Shown: positions 26,475 to 38,420 of the stretch, piece after piece | How positions within the stretch are numbered: the stretch's first letter is position 1 | How the letters are laid out: each line of letters starts with the position of its first letter | Source: a virus | Lineage: Duplodnaviria; Caudoviricetes | DNA: 64,000 bases | Strand: one strand, 5' to 3' | Virus record (IMG/VR): IMGVR_UViG_3300033463_000015 | The notes under the pieces: generated by a model | Database searches by the model: none | What the model was told of the DNA's origin: nothing | The model's input: only the letters and a program-made list of their open reading frames with translations | Translations under genes and position numbers: made by a program

Positions 26475-28895
26475 ATGGCACAACTTAAAGATACTTTAAT
26501 ATAGGGCAGTGCCCGAGTTACGGATGCGCTCTATGCAAATAGTATGAATGGATTAACACTGACCGCCGCAACTACCGGTTTTACTATAGCAGGCGGCACA
26601 ACTTCTAAAACTTTAACAGTAAATGAAACTTATACTTTAGGTGCGGCTTGCGAAAAAGGAGTAACAGATAATTCAAGCGCTACAGCAGTAACTTCTTCAG
26701 ACACAAATTTAATTACTGGTCGCACACTTTATTATGCTGGTTATTTATCAACTAGCGGCGGTACTATAAATGGTAATTTAACTTTAGCAGCTACTAGTTC
26801 TGGTGATTCACCATCCCTTATTTTTGATAGAACTGGTAGTAATTCAACAGACTGGAAACTTGTTGTAACTAGTGGTAAATTAAGTTTTTAGTCTAGAACT
26901 GGAACAAATGCTTTTACAGAACGAGGCTATTTTGGTGATAATAGTAGTAATTTTTATGCTGGTTAGTTAAGATTAACTACAAGTTCAAGTACAGCAACTT
27001 CAGCAAATACAATTGAAATTTCAGATAATAGTTCTACTCCAGTTGCTATGGCAAAAATTGGGATTAGTACAGTTGGTGCATGTATGATTGTAGCTAAACG
27101 TGTTTTAACTTTAGTAGGCTCTAGTAATGACGGAAGTACTACTCCTGAGACTAATTATGTTACAACAAAAGGATTATAGGTGTGGTAGGACTGCACACGA
27201 CCTGCAGCTGATGCTAATTATTCATTAGGCTCATTTAGTTATAGATTTCAAACCGTATATGCTAAGGAACTGGCGGTTGGGCCACCTACAAATAGTGGCG
27301 CTGCTAATGTTACTGGCGGTATAAATTATTATAAAGATGCCTCTACAATATACGGTCATATTGGTTAGGCTACACCATCAAGTGCCACTGGCTCAGCATT
27401 AGCTATGTATAGTACTGGAACTATCGGACTTAGACCAAAAGCGACAATTACCGATAATGCATTTTCAGCAACTACTGGTATTACTATTGATGAAACTGCA
27501 ATTACGCCAGCACAAACTAAAACTGTAGATTTAGGTTCTACTGATTACAGATTTTAGAGACTATATATTACTAGTGTAATAGAGTCACAAGCCTATGCTT
27601 CTGGTACACAAGCAAGATATCCATATGATTTAGTAATGAAAAACAGTTCTGGTAATACAGTAGCAGAAATGTATTTTGATGCTGGTTCTGGAACTAATTA
27701 TACTTCTGGCAGATACTGGTTTAGACAGTATAGTCCTAACACAACTGCAAATACGACAACTACTGAAAAATATGAAGCATATGCTTTACCAACAGCAACA
27801 AAAGGGTTAACAGATGATGTATCTTACCACATATTAACTTCAAAAAATGCAGTTACTATCGCACAAGGTGGCACTGGTACCTCAACTGCGCCAACTGCTG
27901 GTGGCGTAATATATGCTAGTTCAACATCTGCTTATGCTAGCACAGGAGCAGGAACCGCAGGACAATGTCTAGTTTCTGGAGCCGCCAGTGGTCCATCTTG
28001 GGAAGATAAAGTTATTTGGAAAGCTACTTGTGATACAGCAGGTGCTACAGCTGATAAAGTAGCTACTTGTACAAATTTTCCAAGTACTTTGACTACTGGC
28101 TTAGTCGTGTTAATAACATTTGCTAATGCTAATAGTGCAGCTGTAGCAGATTTAACTTTAAAAGTTGGTAATTCTACTAAAAAGAATTTGCGTTGTTTCA
28201 GAAATGGTGCGGTAAATACACTACCCGGTGCAGGATATTTGGGAGCTTAGACTCATTTATTCTGGTATGATGGTACACAATGGGTTACTGTTGTGGATTA
28301 TAATAGTAATACAAATACTTATGTTACTCAAAATCATAGCACTTCAAATAATTCATATCGTATGCTTATGACCTCTTCTTCTGGTACTGGTACTGGAAAT
28401 CCGGGTGCTACCACAGCAATTTGTAGTAGTAAAATGTATGGCAATCCAAGTACAGGACACTTCTATGCAACAGCAGTCCATAATGCTGTTTGGAATGACT
28501 ATGCTGAATATCGTCAATCTAGAGATTTTGAACCCGGTCGTTGCGTGTAGGAAAATGATGATGGCTGGTTGACAAGAACACAAGAACGTCTAGTTCCTGG
28601 CGCGTCTATAATATCAGATACTTGGGGTCATGTTATGGGTGAAACGGAATATGCTAAAATTCCAATCGCTGTAGCAGGAAGAGTATTAGCCTATCCATAT
28701 CGTAATAGAAAAGCATATCATGCTGGTATGACGGTATGTTGTGCACCAAATGGCACCGTTGATTTTATGACTAGAGATGAAATTATGAAGTATCCAGATT
28801 GTATTGTAGGTATCGTAAGTGAAGTACCTGAATATGAATTTTGGGGCAGCGGACAAGTACCAATTAATGGAAGAATTTGGATAAAGGTGAAGTAA
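26475..28895 (+). CDS. Tail fibre/spike (~806 aa) with C-terminal intramolecular chaperone-like (peptidase G2/S74-type) domain
   Basis: ORFs 26544, 27636, 28293 and 28569 in frame; WNDYAEYR...AVAGRV. Confidence 0.7.
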
Positions 28896-28896
28896 T

Positions 28897-29535
28897 ATGG
28901 GTAAATTTTATTTAGCAAATAATATTTCTGCTACAAGCACTAATGCCAATTAGTATGGTTCATTAACTATTCCAGTAGCATATAAAAATACAACTATTAC
29001 TGTTAGTTGGTATACAAGAGGATACAATGCGTCAAGCGCAAGCGGCTATACTGTTAGCAGTTTTTTAAATTTATCATATAAATTAGATAGTGGTTCAGAG
29101 CAGATAATTCAATCTTAGTCTCGTAGTGCTCATACAACGGGTAACTTAGTAGAATAGACTGGTACTGCCTCAATAGTTATTGGTAACAATACAACATTAA
29201 AATTTAGATTTAATTATGGTCGTACAATTGCCGGTGGCGGCGGTGCGAGTTTTTCTCCATCATTCACTTGGACTTGTTACGTTAAATGCCCTTTTGGAGG
29301 GATTACTTCTGAAGATATTATTACCGCGGCTAAATTAAATGCAGTTGCAACTGCTAATGGTGTAAATACTTCTGTTACCGCTGGTAATAATATTATTCGT
29401 ACACCTTGGCAAACTATAGGCACAGCTGTAGGTGTAACATTTGATAGTACTAACCCATTAAAAACTAATTTAGAAGCAGTTTTATATGAAACACCAGGCA
29501 GCTTTGATGCAACTGGTTCAAATGTTGGTTGGTAA
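28897..29535 (+). CDS. Hypothetical protein (~212 aa)
   Basis: Open in code 15 from ATG 28897 to TAA 29533. Confidence 0.6.
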
Positions 29536-29643
29536 TGACATAAGAAACTATAATTAAAAACTAGCTTCACAACATATAAGGGAGAAGAATAAAAACTTTT
29601 CCCTTCTTATTTTTTATGATAAAAGGGAGAGGAGGGATAATAT

Positions 29644-29931
29644 ATGAATATAATGACTAAACGCGGACAAGTAGATAATATCATAACATATGAACATATT
29701 TGCGATACTCGCGCAGATATGGCTAATATACCTAATAATCAAATTACTTTAGGTTCTGTATGTATCGTTTTAAAAGGATCCGCGGGGCTTGAAGTTTACA
29801 TGGCCACTAGTGATAAAGAATGGATTGATATTTCTTCTATTGGAACTGGCGGCAGTACACCTGCAGGCTCTGGAGCTACAAGTGATATAGTAGGACAAGG
29901 CACAGCCGACAATATGGTACTATAGGGGTGA
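29644..29931 (+). CDS. Hypothetical protein
   Basis: Strong RBS; ends TAG-GGG-TGA. Confidence 0.65.
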
Positions 29932-29936
29932 TAATT

Positions 29937-30311
29937 ATGGCCTATGAGAAAACAGTATGGCAGGCGGGTGACACCGTAACTGCGGCAAAATTAAATAAAT
30001 TAGAAAATGGTGTGGCGACAGGCGGTGCTATTTATATTCCAATAACAATTGATGAAGAGGAAGAAACGGCAAGCATTAGTTATAGTTATAATGAAATTGC
30101 AGAAATGATAAACGGCGGCGCCACAATTATTTTTACTATGGAAGTAAACGACGGGATTAGCTTTTTCTATGTAAGCTATATGGCAATCGAATCTGGCCAT
30201 TATCTAGTTGGTACTAATGAAGGCCCAGTTTTTTATAGTGAAAGTGCAGATGAACACTTAACCGCATCTCAAGATCTTCCTTCGCCACAGAATCCTGGAA
30301 CTGTATTATAA
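29937..30311 (+). CDS. Small virion protein, paralog 1 (MAYEKTxW...KLNxLExGV N-terminus)
   Basis: N-terminal motif shared with the next two genes. Confidence 0.7.
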   Translation: MAYEKTVWQAGDTVTAAKLNKLENGVATGGAIYIPITIDEEEETASISYSYNEIAEMINGGATIIFTMEVNDGISFFYVSYMAIESGHYLVGTNEGPVFYSESADEHLTASQDLPSPQNPGTVL

Positions 30312-30325
30312 TGGGGGGATTATTA

Positions 30326-30715
30326 ATGGCCTATAATCAAACTAATTGGTCAAGTAATGACCTCATTACAGCAGAAAAATTAAATAATTTAGAAAATGGA
30401 GTTGCTAATTTAAATACTTTTTATATTACAGCCACTACTACCACCGTAACTCCATCAAGGGGAACAGATGAAAACATAACACGTACTACATTAAGTGCTA
30501 GTTATGATGATATTATAGAAGCTATTAATAATAATAAAATAGTTTAGATGGTAGAAAACTTTGAAGGCGAAGAAGAGATCTATCCTTTGGTAGGAATTGG
30601 AACAAATTCTAATTATATGGCAATTTTTGATAATACACCATATTCTGCACTACAATCTACAGATGATTTATTCTATGATTCACAACAATCATCAACTCCC
30701 TTAATAAACGCATGA
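30326..30715 (+). CDS. Small virion protein, paralog 2
   Basis: MAYNQTNW...KLNNLENGV; TAG 30545 read through. Confidence 0.7.
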
Positions 30716-30726
30716 GGTGATTTAAA

Positions 30727-31113
30727 ATGGCTTATGAAAAGACAACGTGGGCCGCAGGAGATGTAGTAACCGCGGCGAAATTAAATAATTTAGAAAGTGG
30801 AGTTGCTAATGCTGGGGCAAGTATTGTAAGTATAAATTTATCAACAGGAGCCTTAGATATAGCCGCAGGGGACTTATTCCAAGCGGTAAAATCCGGAGTA
30901 GTAATAGCACAAGCAACTGGGAATAACAACGGTGAATACTTATATAATTGTATTGGCGCAAATGTAGACAGTTCAGGATATTATGATTTTTATTTCTTTG
31001 ACCCAAGTGGCCAATTAATAAGATTGACTGCCTCATCTGCCAATGATTATCCTGTAGCAGAAGGCGCCAATAACGAAGGTAATGGTGATTAGGATATAGG
31101 TCCCGCCCTATAA
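30727..31113 (+). CDS. Small virion protein, paralog 3
   Basis: MAYEKTTW...KLNNLESGV; TAG 31090 read through. Confidence 0.7.
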
Positions 31114-31151
31114 TATATAATATAATAACAACAAAAAGGAGCGTGAAATAA

Positions 31152-33086
31152 ATGGATATAATTGATGTTATTTTAGGAAGAGTCTTATCTCCTTCCGGCC
31201 AAATATCTACTTATGCCGCTCGTGCAGCTCAGGCCGCTCGAGATGCGGAAGCGGCAGTAGATTCAATTGATTCAATCACAGAACAAACCAATACAAATAA
31301 TGAGAATGCTGAGCAAGCATTAGAAGATGCTAATGCGGCTTTAGCTGCTGTAAATGAAGCATTAGGTTCATTTGATACTTAGACTGAATTAATTGATGAT
31401 GAAATTAATAAATTAGTTTTAAGTATGACAACTTCTATGACGAGTGAAGCAATCTCAAAGAATTTGGTAACTACTTATCCAGATGATTCTACTCATACTT
31501 TACAAAATGTATTAATTATGTATCAGCAGTCTGGTAACAATGTTAATGGTACAATGACTCAAAAAGCCATCACTAATTACGTAAATAGCGTCAAAACAGA
31601 ACTTCAAACCGCTATTAATAATATTACTATTTCAGGCGGCGGTGGCAGCACTAATTTAGGCATTGACAACGCCGGAACTATTGTAGTAGTAGGCCCCGAT
31701 GGCAATATCACTGCTGGTAATGCTACTGAAGCTGATGTAATTGAAGCTTTAATCAAAGCAGGAGCTTATTCTATTTCTGGTGTAGTTGGTATGGAGCTTG
31801 ATTATGAAAATAAAATTTATACTCGTACTCAAGATGGTAGGGTATTACAAGCAGGCTCTGATTATGACCAATATCCAATGTTTGGCGGTCGCAAGCGTTG
31901 TAATGTAGCTGATGATGGCACAATTACTGCTTGGTATGGTGATAATAATTATACTGAAGATGGTAGTAATGGTTAGGTTATGGTATATTAGCCCAAATTC
32001 TATTATCAAAGAGTGTTAATTAATAGTCAAAACAGCCCAATTAATGGTAAAATTGTTAAAAAAGAATCATTAGTTTTAAGTGATACACAAATTGCTGGTT
32101 TTAAATTACATCCATTATTTATTAATGAAGATGGCGAAGAAGTTGAGTATGTATTATTATCTGCTTATGACGGCTCAGTTTATGATACTTCAGCTTCTAC
32201 ATATTTTCAACACGATGAAAGTGGAGTAGATTTTAACGCCGATAAATTAAGTTCTATTGCTGGTGTAAAACCTGTTAGTGGCGAAAATAAAGCGCTTACT
32301 CCAGCAGCATCAGAGCACCTTGCAAATAATCGCGGTGAAGGATGGCATAGTTTTAATTCAAAAGTTGATAGTGCTAATTAGATGTTATTTATGACAGAGT
32401 ATGGTACTCCAAATGGCCAAATAGCATTAGATCTTGGCGTTTGTATGATTAGTACTGTAGCCAATAAAAACTGTAGTAGTCTTACAGGTTCAACTTCTAA
32501 TCTAGGCAATGCTTCTGGCACTGCTACTTCTACGATTAATGAAATTAATGGTACTTATAATACTTATAATGATTCTGGTAAAACAGCAGTATCTTATCGT
32601 GGAGTAGAAAATCCTTGGGGCAATCTATGGCATATAGTAAGCGATGTTTTATTATATGGTAATTAGAATTTATAGGGTGGTATGCCTTATATTTGTAATG
32701 ACTATAATTATAGTAATACTTTATAGGATAATTATGGAGCTCTTGGATTTGTATTGCCAGTATCGGAATCATTTATTTCTGCTTTTGGATATGGTAATCC
32801 AAATTATGACTGGGTTTATATGCCAATTGAATGTTCTTCCAGTGCTAATAATATTTTACCAATAGGTGACTGCCTATGGAGTGTAGCAAAACTTAATGCT
32901 ACTCATAGTTTATATAATGGCGGGCATTGCGGTTTCCAAGAAAAAGATGGTCTATTCTGCTATGCTGGTGACCTTTCACCTTCAGAATATGGTCGTTCTT
33001 ATGGCGCCAAATTAATGTTTGTGCCAACTAAAAATAATATTTATACGAATAATATTGCTGCTTGGACTACTAAAATGGGAGGTTGA
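31152..33086 (+). CDS. Tail collar/fibre protein with C-type-lectin-like fold (~644 aa)
   Basis: ORFs 31152, 31425, 32013, 32382 and 32754 in frame; GSNGQVMVYQPKFY, GFKLHPLF and YRGVENPWGNLW. Confidence 0.75.
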
Positions 33087-33091
33087 TACTT

Positions 33092-33349
33092 ATGACTAAT
33101 TATGGACGCGTAAAAAGTACTCAACTACCTCCTTCTGTAGAAATAACTCCAAATTATGTATATATTGCTTCTAATATTGAAACTATTACAAATACAGTAG
33201 ATGATGTAGAAGAAATATTATACACCTATAATTATGTTGGATATACAAAAGACGAATATATTTCTACAATATCTGCCGCTAATGCACAAGCAATTGATGA
33301 TCTAGCGGATCAATTGGCTGCCACCAAGATATTATTGGGGGTGGAATAA
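33092..33349 (+). CDS. Small tail-associated protein
   Basis: GGAGG RBS; YTKDEYI motif. Confidence 0.6.
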   Translation: MTNYGRVKSTQLPPSVEITPNYVYIASNIETITNTVDDVEEILYTYNYVGYTKDEYISTISAANAQAIDDLADQLAATKILLGVE

Positions 33350-33352
33350 CAT

Positions 33353-33760
33353 ATGACACTATATGAATTAGCAATGAAATTGCGGCCTTACATTGAGAAG
33401 GCCGCACTTTCTCTTAATGATGAAGATGCACTTGAAGCAAAAGAACTTTATCCTCAATGGTCTGGCGATAGTGTAAATTATGTACCAGATATGAGAGTAC
33501 GTTATGATGGTATTTTGTATAAGGTATTACAAACTCACGTTTCATAGGAAGCTTGGACACCACCTGCTGCTCCAAGCTTATTTGCTAAAGTTCTAATACC
33601 GGACCCCGATGTTATTCCTGATTGGGAGCAACCCGACAGTACCAATCCGTACATGATGGGCGATAAAGTACGCTTTAATGGAAAAGTATATGAAAGCGTA
33701 ATCAATGGTAATGTTTGGTCACCCGCTGATTATCCGGCTGGTTGGCGCGAAGTACCTTAA
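33353..33760 (+). CDS. Carbohydrate-binding (CBM5/12-like) protein
   Basis: VRYDGILYKVLQTHVS(Q)EAWTP...GDKVRFNGKVYES...WSPADYPAGW. Confidence 0.8.
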
Positions 33761-33763
33761 TAT

Positions 33764-33791
33764 TTGACTTTTTTAAAAATAAGAGTATAAT
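33764..33791 (+). promoter_or_regulatory. Sigma70/SigA-type promoter; family members also at 12591, 34673, 34896, 37736, 39485, 41590, 45646, 47758, 50425, 51577, 54235, 58375, 63742
   Basis: TTGAC(T/A)-N16/17-TATAAT consensus repeated in intergenic positions. Confidence 0.75.
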
Positions 33792-33874
33792 ATATATAGT
33801 AGATGAGGGAGAAATCCCTCTCTACTATAATAAAATGTGGGATAGGAACCACTAATATAAGGAGAGGAACTTGT

Positions 33875-34213
33875 ATGAAGATTTATTCTGAAAAGCTTAA
33901 TAAGCTATTCGATACTGTAGAAGCCTGCCAGAAGGCAGAGTTCGAGGTCAAAGAGGCCGAGAATCGTGAGAAGATCCGTAAGGAACGCGCCGAAGCAGAA
34001 GCTAAGGCCAAGAAGGAAAAGGAAGCCGCAGAGCGTAAAGCCGCAGCTGCTGAACTTGATGAAGCCCGCAAGGCAATGGTTGCCGCACAGAAGCATTATG
34101 CGGAACTACTCGACAATTTTATCAAAAAGTATAAGTCTTACCACTATACTACCAATTCAATTGCCGATATTCCAACCCTCTTTGATTCCCTAAATCTTTT
34201 CAATCTTCTATAA
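33875..34213 (+). CDS. Coiled-coil hypothetical protein
   Basis: GGAGAGG RBS, ATG 33875; Glu/Lys/Ala-rich. Confidence 0.7.
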   Translation: MKIYSEKLNKLFDTVEACQKAEFEVKEAENREKIRKERAEAEAKAKKEKEAAERKAAAAELDEARKAMVAAQKHYAELLDNFIKKYKSYHYTTNSIADIPTLFDSLNLFNLL

Positions 34214-34256
34214 TATAGGTTGACGGCTTGAAGGTTGAGCCGCAATCAACCTATTT

Positions 34257-34332
34257 GTGGTAATAACTCAAATGGTAGAGTACCACCTTGCCAAGGTGGA
34301 TGCTGTGAGTTCAAGTCTCATTTACCACTCCA
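34257..34332 (+). tRNA. tRNA-Gly(GCC)
   Basis: Cloverleaf; anticodon loop TT-GCC-AA; CCA end. Confidence 0.9.
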
Positions 34333-34730
34333 GAGGTTTCTAGTGTCACCGGCTCCGCGGCAAAGAACACTAGCGTTTCTGTCGCTGACGTGAAAAGCAC
34401 CAGCCGCTTCGCAAGGCTGCAAAGGGAATCCGGATTACCAAGCGACGTGGTGGACAGCCAGCCATTGTTATTGAAATGGGTCGTGGAGAATACGGCATAG
34501 ATAATCCGCTCGGTTCATCTTCGACATAGATGTAACGCCGGCCGCGGCGTGACGCAAAATGGCGGCCGCCAGCACTACTACGCGAGTAGTGAAGGCACTT
34601 GCCTGTAATTTTGAACGCTAGTTTATACCCCAATATAACACCAGCTCAGTAAAAATTACAGGCATTTCTTTCTTGACAATTTTCAAAATTATGTTATAAT
34701 ATAATTGTAGAAATGGAGGAGATAAGCATT

Positions 34731-34892
34731 ATGCCTGACTATCTTGATGACTTCGTGTGTGGCCGTACTTGTGAAGAGTACTACCCTGATGATGATGAAT
34801 ATTATGATTATCGTGGAGACCACGACTGGTATGATGTTGAAGCAGCCTTCTTTGAACAGATGGGTATTGAACCTGAAGTTTACGAAGATTAA
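34731..34892 (+). CDS. Small acidic protein (53 aa)
   Basis: Own promoter and GGAGGA RBS; Asp/Glu/Tyr-rich. Confidence 0.6.
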   Translation: MPDYLDDFVCGRTCEEYYPDDDEYYDYRGDHDWYDVEAAFFEQMGIEPEVYED

Positions 34893-35020
34893 TAATTGAC
34901 TTTTCTCAAAAATATGGTATAATATAAATATACCAAGGGGAAAGAGACACGGTCCCGCGGCGTGCATAATACGTGGGGTAGTGGTTCAGGCGCTGGGGTC
35001 GCCTTTAAAACCCCCAATAT

Positions 35021-35097
35021 GGCCTTGTAGCTCAGAAGAGTAGAGCGATAGCCTGTCACGCTATAGGTCGCGCGTTCAAGTCGCGTCAAGGTCGCCA
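35021..35097 (+). tRNA. tRNA-Asp(GTC)
   Basis: ATAGC-CTGTCAC-GCTAT anticodon arm; CCA. Confidence 0.9.
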
Positions 35098-35538
35098 TCG
35101 TCCAAGACAGTAAGGACATTAATCTACGCTGCGGCTATCCGTATGAACCAAGCTGATACGGTGCGTTACACTTTGGAAATGGAAAGTGGGGATAGGCAAA
35201 GACCAGACCCGAAAAGATAATGGGTGGCAGTAAGTGGAGTTCATATGAACATACCAGTAAGACCATACCAAAAGGAATAGGGACGCCGCTAACGGAATGT
35301 GAGGAAGGCCGTATAAAAGATTGCCTCACCGCGAAAGAGATTGTATGATGCACCCCTCACTTGGCCGCGAAGCGCTTAAAGAAAGTCGTGCATTACCGAA
35401 AGCAGATGAGCAACTGCGGGAACCATCCCAGATGGGATGCCGGTGCTCCAGTGAAAGTCTGGACGAGAACCAATAAAATGGCTCACAACGCGTTGGGGTT
35501 GTAGGTATATCCTCTCTATGGAGAAAAACCTTCTATGA

Positions 35539-35613
35539 TGCGGCGAGGGCAAACGGTAAGCCAACTGGCTCATAACCAGTATATAGTGGGTTCAACTCCC
35601 ACCACCGCTACCA
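35539..35613 (+). tRNA. tRNA-Met(CAT), 1:72 mismatch
   Basis: ACTGG-CTCATAA-CCAGT; CCA. Confidence 0.85.
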
Positions 35614-35614
35614 A

Positions 35615-36510
35615 AGCCTCAACCAACCGGCTTAGAATAGGTGGGTCGTGGATAAGCGCCGAATCGTAATTGGTGCTAGGGCGACAAGTAATCTTTAAAT
35701 GAGTGGTGCGAGTCCACAGCAATAGCAAAAGAGCGCGCTTTAAAGGTTATTGTTTCGACGGAAACTAGCCCCATAGTTAGTTCGTACACCTAACTATGTA
35801 TTTTAAGGGCAAAACAGGACTTCACGGCAAACTAAGCTCGTCAAAAAATGGGATGGACCGTGGCGCTGAAGAAAACTGCGTAACAAAAAGAGAAGGATGC
35901 CCGCTCAATAATAGGGTTCAAGGTGCCCAAATGCAAAGCAATGAGAAGGCTTTGAGGTGGGTCGTAACTAGCTAATACGATTTCATTGCTAAGAAGAATG
36001 GGTTAAATGGAGTTTGAAGAACAGCCAATGCGCAAACTGTATGGTTTAAGGGCATACACCAGATTGCTCGGCGCATTATAAAAGAAGAGCAAAGTAAGCA
36101 CACGGGATGGAAGGAAACGAGTTACGTCCTTACCGGCCCTGAGTAGTTGCGACGAAATGGGCGGGAGAAGCAGAAATAGTAACTGCACCCATAAATAGGC
36201 GAAAAACGAGAAAGAGAAGGAGAAGGCTCCGTTCAAACGGATTGATCACCGAAATTGAAGTAAGCGGAATAGGAAAGATGAAGTTCTACCGCCGACCGCT
36301 TCTCGTCACACAGTGTAGCCTATGTGCGTCCAAAGGCACATAAAAGAACGGCGGCGTAAATTACCGATGTTACAGGTAATCATATTGGAAAGCAGCAAGT
36401 TCGCCCAACAAGCGTGCGCACGCAAGATTGGGAACGGTCGGGACTGAGGATTGTGAGGATGCTGCTAGGCAATCTCACCCAGATGGGGTGGCTGGGTTAT
36501 CAAAACCCCT
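35615..36510 (+). ncRNA. Putative giant structured RNA (possibly GOLLD-like)
   Basis: ~900 nt between tRNAs, no credible ORF, purine-rich with many hairpins; family resemblance judged from memory only. Confidence 0.4.
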
Positions 36511-36515
36511 TTTAT

Positions 36516-36588
36516 GCCCTGCGTGGCAGCCGGTTTAAGCCGTTGGCCCTTCAAGCCAAAGTACCGAGTTCAACTCTCGGGCAGGGTA
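36516..36588 (+). tRNA. tRNA-Glu(TTC)
   Basis: TTGGC-CCTTCAA-GCCAA. Confidence 0.85.
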
Positions 36589-36593
36589 CTTAT

Positions 36594-36665
36594 GTCCAGT
36601 TAGCATAATGGTTAGTGCGTCGCCCTCTCAAGGCGAGGATATGAGTTCGATTCTCGTACTGGGTA
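36594..36665 (+). tRNA. tRNA-Glu(CTC)
   Basis: TCGCC-CTCTCAA-GGCGA. Confidence 0.85.
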
Positions 36666-36748
36666 CTCTCACCTTAGCAAAAGCGGTGACTAAACCGATG
36701 TGCGGTTGGCTGACCTTAAAGCTATTTTTTATTATAGTGAGGGATTTT

Positions 36749-37732
36749 ATGCTAGATATTATCATTCCCGTCTACAATAATTAGCAAGGATTGACAGAAA
36801 CTTTATAGTCTATAAATCCCGCTATTATGAAGGATATTACAATTACAATTATAGATGATTGCTCTTCTGTACAATATGATGTAAAAACTATTCGTATGCC
36901 GCAGAATGGTGGCCCCGGAGCCGCACGCCAATATGGTATTAATCATACAATAGAACCATTTATTATGTTTGTAGATGCAGGAGATACTTTTGTTGATTTT
37001 GATTCGTAGTTAGAAATGATAGAAACAATAAAACATACAGATGCTTTATTTATTTCTTTTCTTCATAATACAATAAAAGAAGATGGTACAATTCGTCTTG
37101 AAAAGCATACTAACAATAGATTACACGGTAAAGTTTATCGTCGTAGCTTTTTAAATCAATATCACATAACATTTTGTTAGGGAAAAATTGGTTCATACGC
37201 CAATGAAGATATTGGCTTTAATTTTATATGTCATCATATATTAGAAGATAAAAATTTAGAAAATAAGTTTATATGTATAGATGTTCCATTAATTAATTGG
37301 ACTTATGATGAACAATCTCTTACTCATATAAATAATAATGCTTATGGATTTGTAAAATAGGTTCCTGGGCTTATTGAAAATACTCAACATATTGTAGAAG
37401 TATTAGAAGATAATGATTGTAATGCAGAAATAATTGCTAAAATATTATATAATATGCTAGGTAGATTATATACTGATTTTGTCAATGTTGCCGCATTTTG
37501 TCCAGAAAGAATTGATATTACTTGGAAACAATGTAGAACTTATTATCTCAATGATGTATTGCCCTACAAGGAATATAGAGACACTAATCTAAATAATATC
37601 TATATTGGCGGCTTTATGTATAGAGTAATGACTTGGAAGAAAAAAGTTCCAATAAATTATAATCGTTTTCTTCAAGAGTTAGAAAATTGTGAAAAAGCGC
37701 CAAAAAGATATTTTGAATTTTATCAATTATAA
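36749..37732 (+). CDS. Family 2 glycosyltransferase
   Basis: MLDIIIPVYN, IIDDCS, NGGPGAARQYG, FVDAGD and NEDIGFN; joined across TAG. Confidence 0.85.
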
Positions 37733-37873
37733 TATTTGACTTTATTCAAAATTGTGATATAATATATATGAAAAGAGGGTAAGTTTTATGGAACTTACGG
37801 AGGATGAAAACCACTCCCGTCAAGATGTTGGCAGCAGCAAACACTTATGCGTAAGTAAAGGCAAACATCACAT

Positions 37874-37944
37874 AGCAGAGAGACGATTTGGTAATCGTGT
37901 GAGGGACGCCCACGTTGCGAGTTCAATTCTCGCCTCTGCTTTCA
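37874..37944 (+). ncRNA. tRNA-like RNA with aberrant anticodon arm
   Basis: Acceptor AGCAGAG/CTCTGCT; D and T arms intact; no 7-nt anticodon loop. Confidence 0.65.
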
Positions 37945-37960
37945 GCCATTTTGAGCATAT

Positions 37961-38034
37961 GCCCCGGTAGCTCAGTTGGTCAGAGCACGCGGCTGTTAAC
38001 CGCGGTGTCGTAGGTTCGAATCCTACCCGGGGCG
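37961..38034 (+). tRNA. tRNA-Asn(GTT)
   Basis: CGCGG-CTGTTAA-CCGCG. Confidence 0.9.
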
Positions 38035-38420
38035 CTTCAACCACATAAAGCCTGAATTGACAGGATATGACTGGCCGGTTGAGGTCCGGCGGCAGTAATC
38101 GAATTAGAGAAGTCAATGTAAGTGACCCAATAAAATTACTGCGTCTCGTGAGCGACGACAGCTGTGGTGAGGTTCCGTATTGACCGAAAAGTATAAAATA
38201 ATAACATTGGTTAGGCTGGGCCAAGTAAAATAATTCGCACCGTTAACACGGATTTTGCGGTTAAACTACCACCGGCGCGAAACCCCCGCAGAGATAACTC
38301 TGCAATATGAGTATTCTTGAAACAAGAAGGCGGGTCAGTAGCGATATGTGGCACGAAGGAGCGGAAAACGGTATACCCAAAGAAGCGAAGTAAACCGCAT
38401 TTCATTACAGGAGTGATACA

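Noticed and set aside
31152-33086. Diversity-generating retroelement target
   Set aside because: Fold resembles DGR targets, but no reverse transcriptase or template repeat was seen in the window
1-33760. Fragmented ORFs as pseudogenes or sequencing errors
   Set aside because: The breaks I checked are in-frame TAG with no frameshifts, at Gln positions
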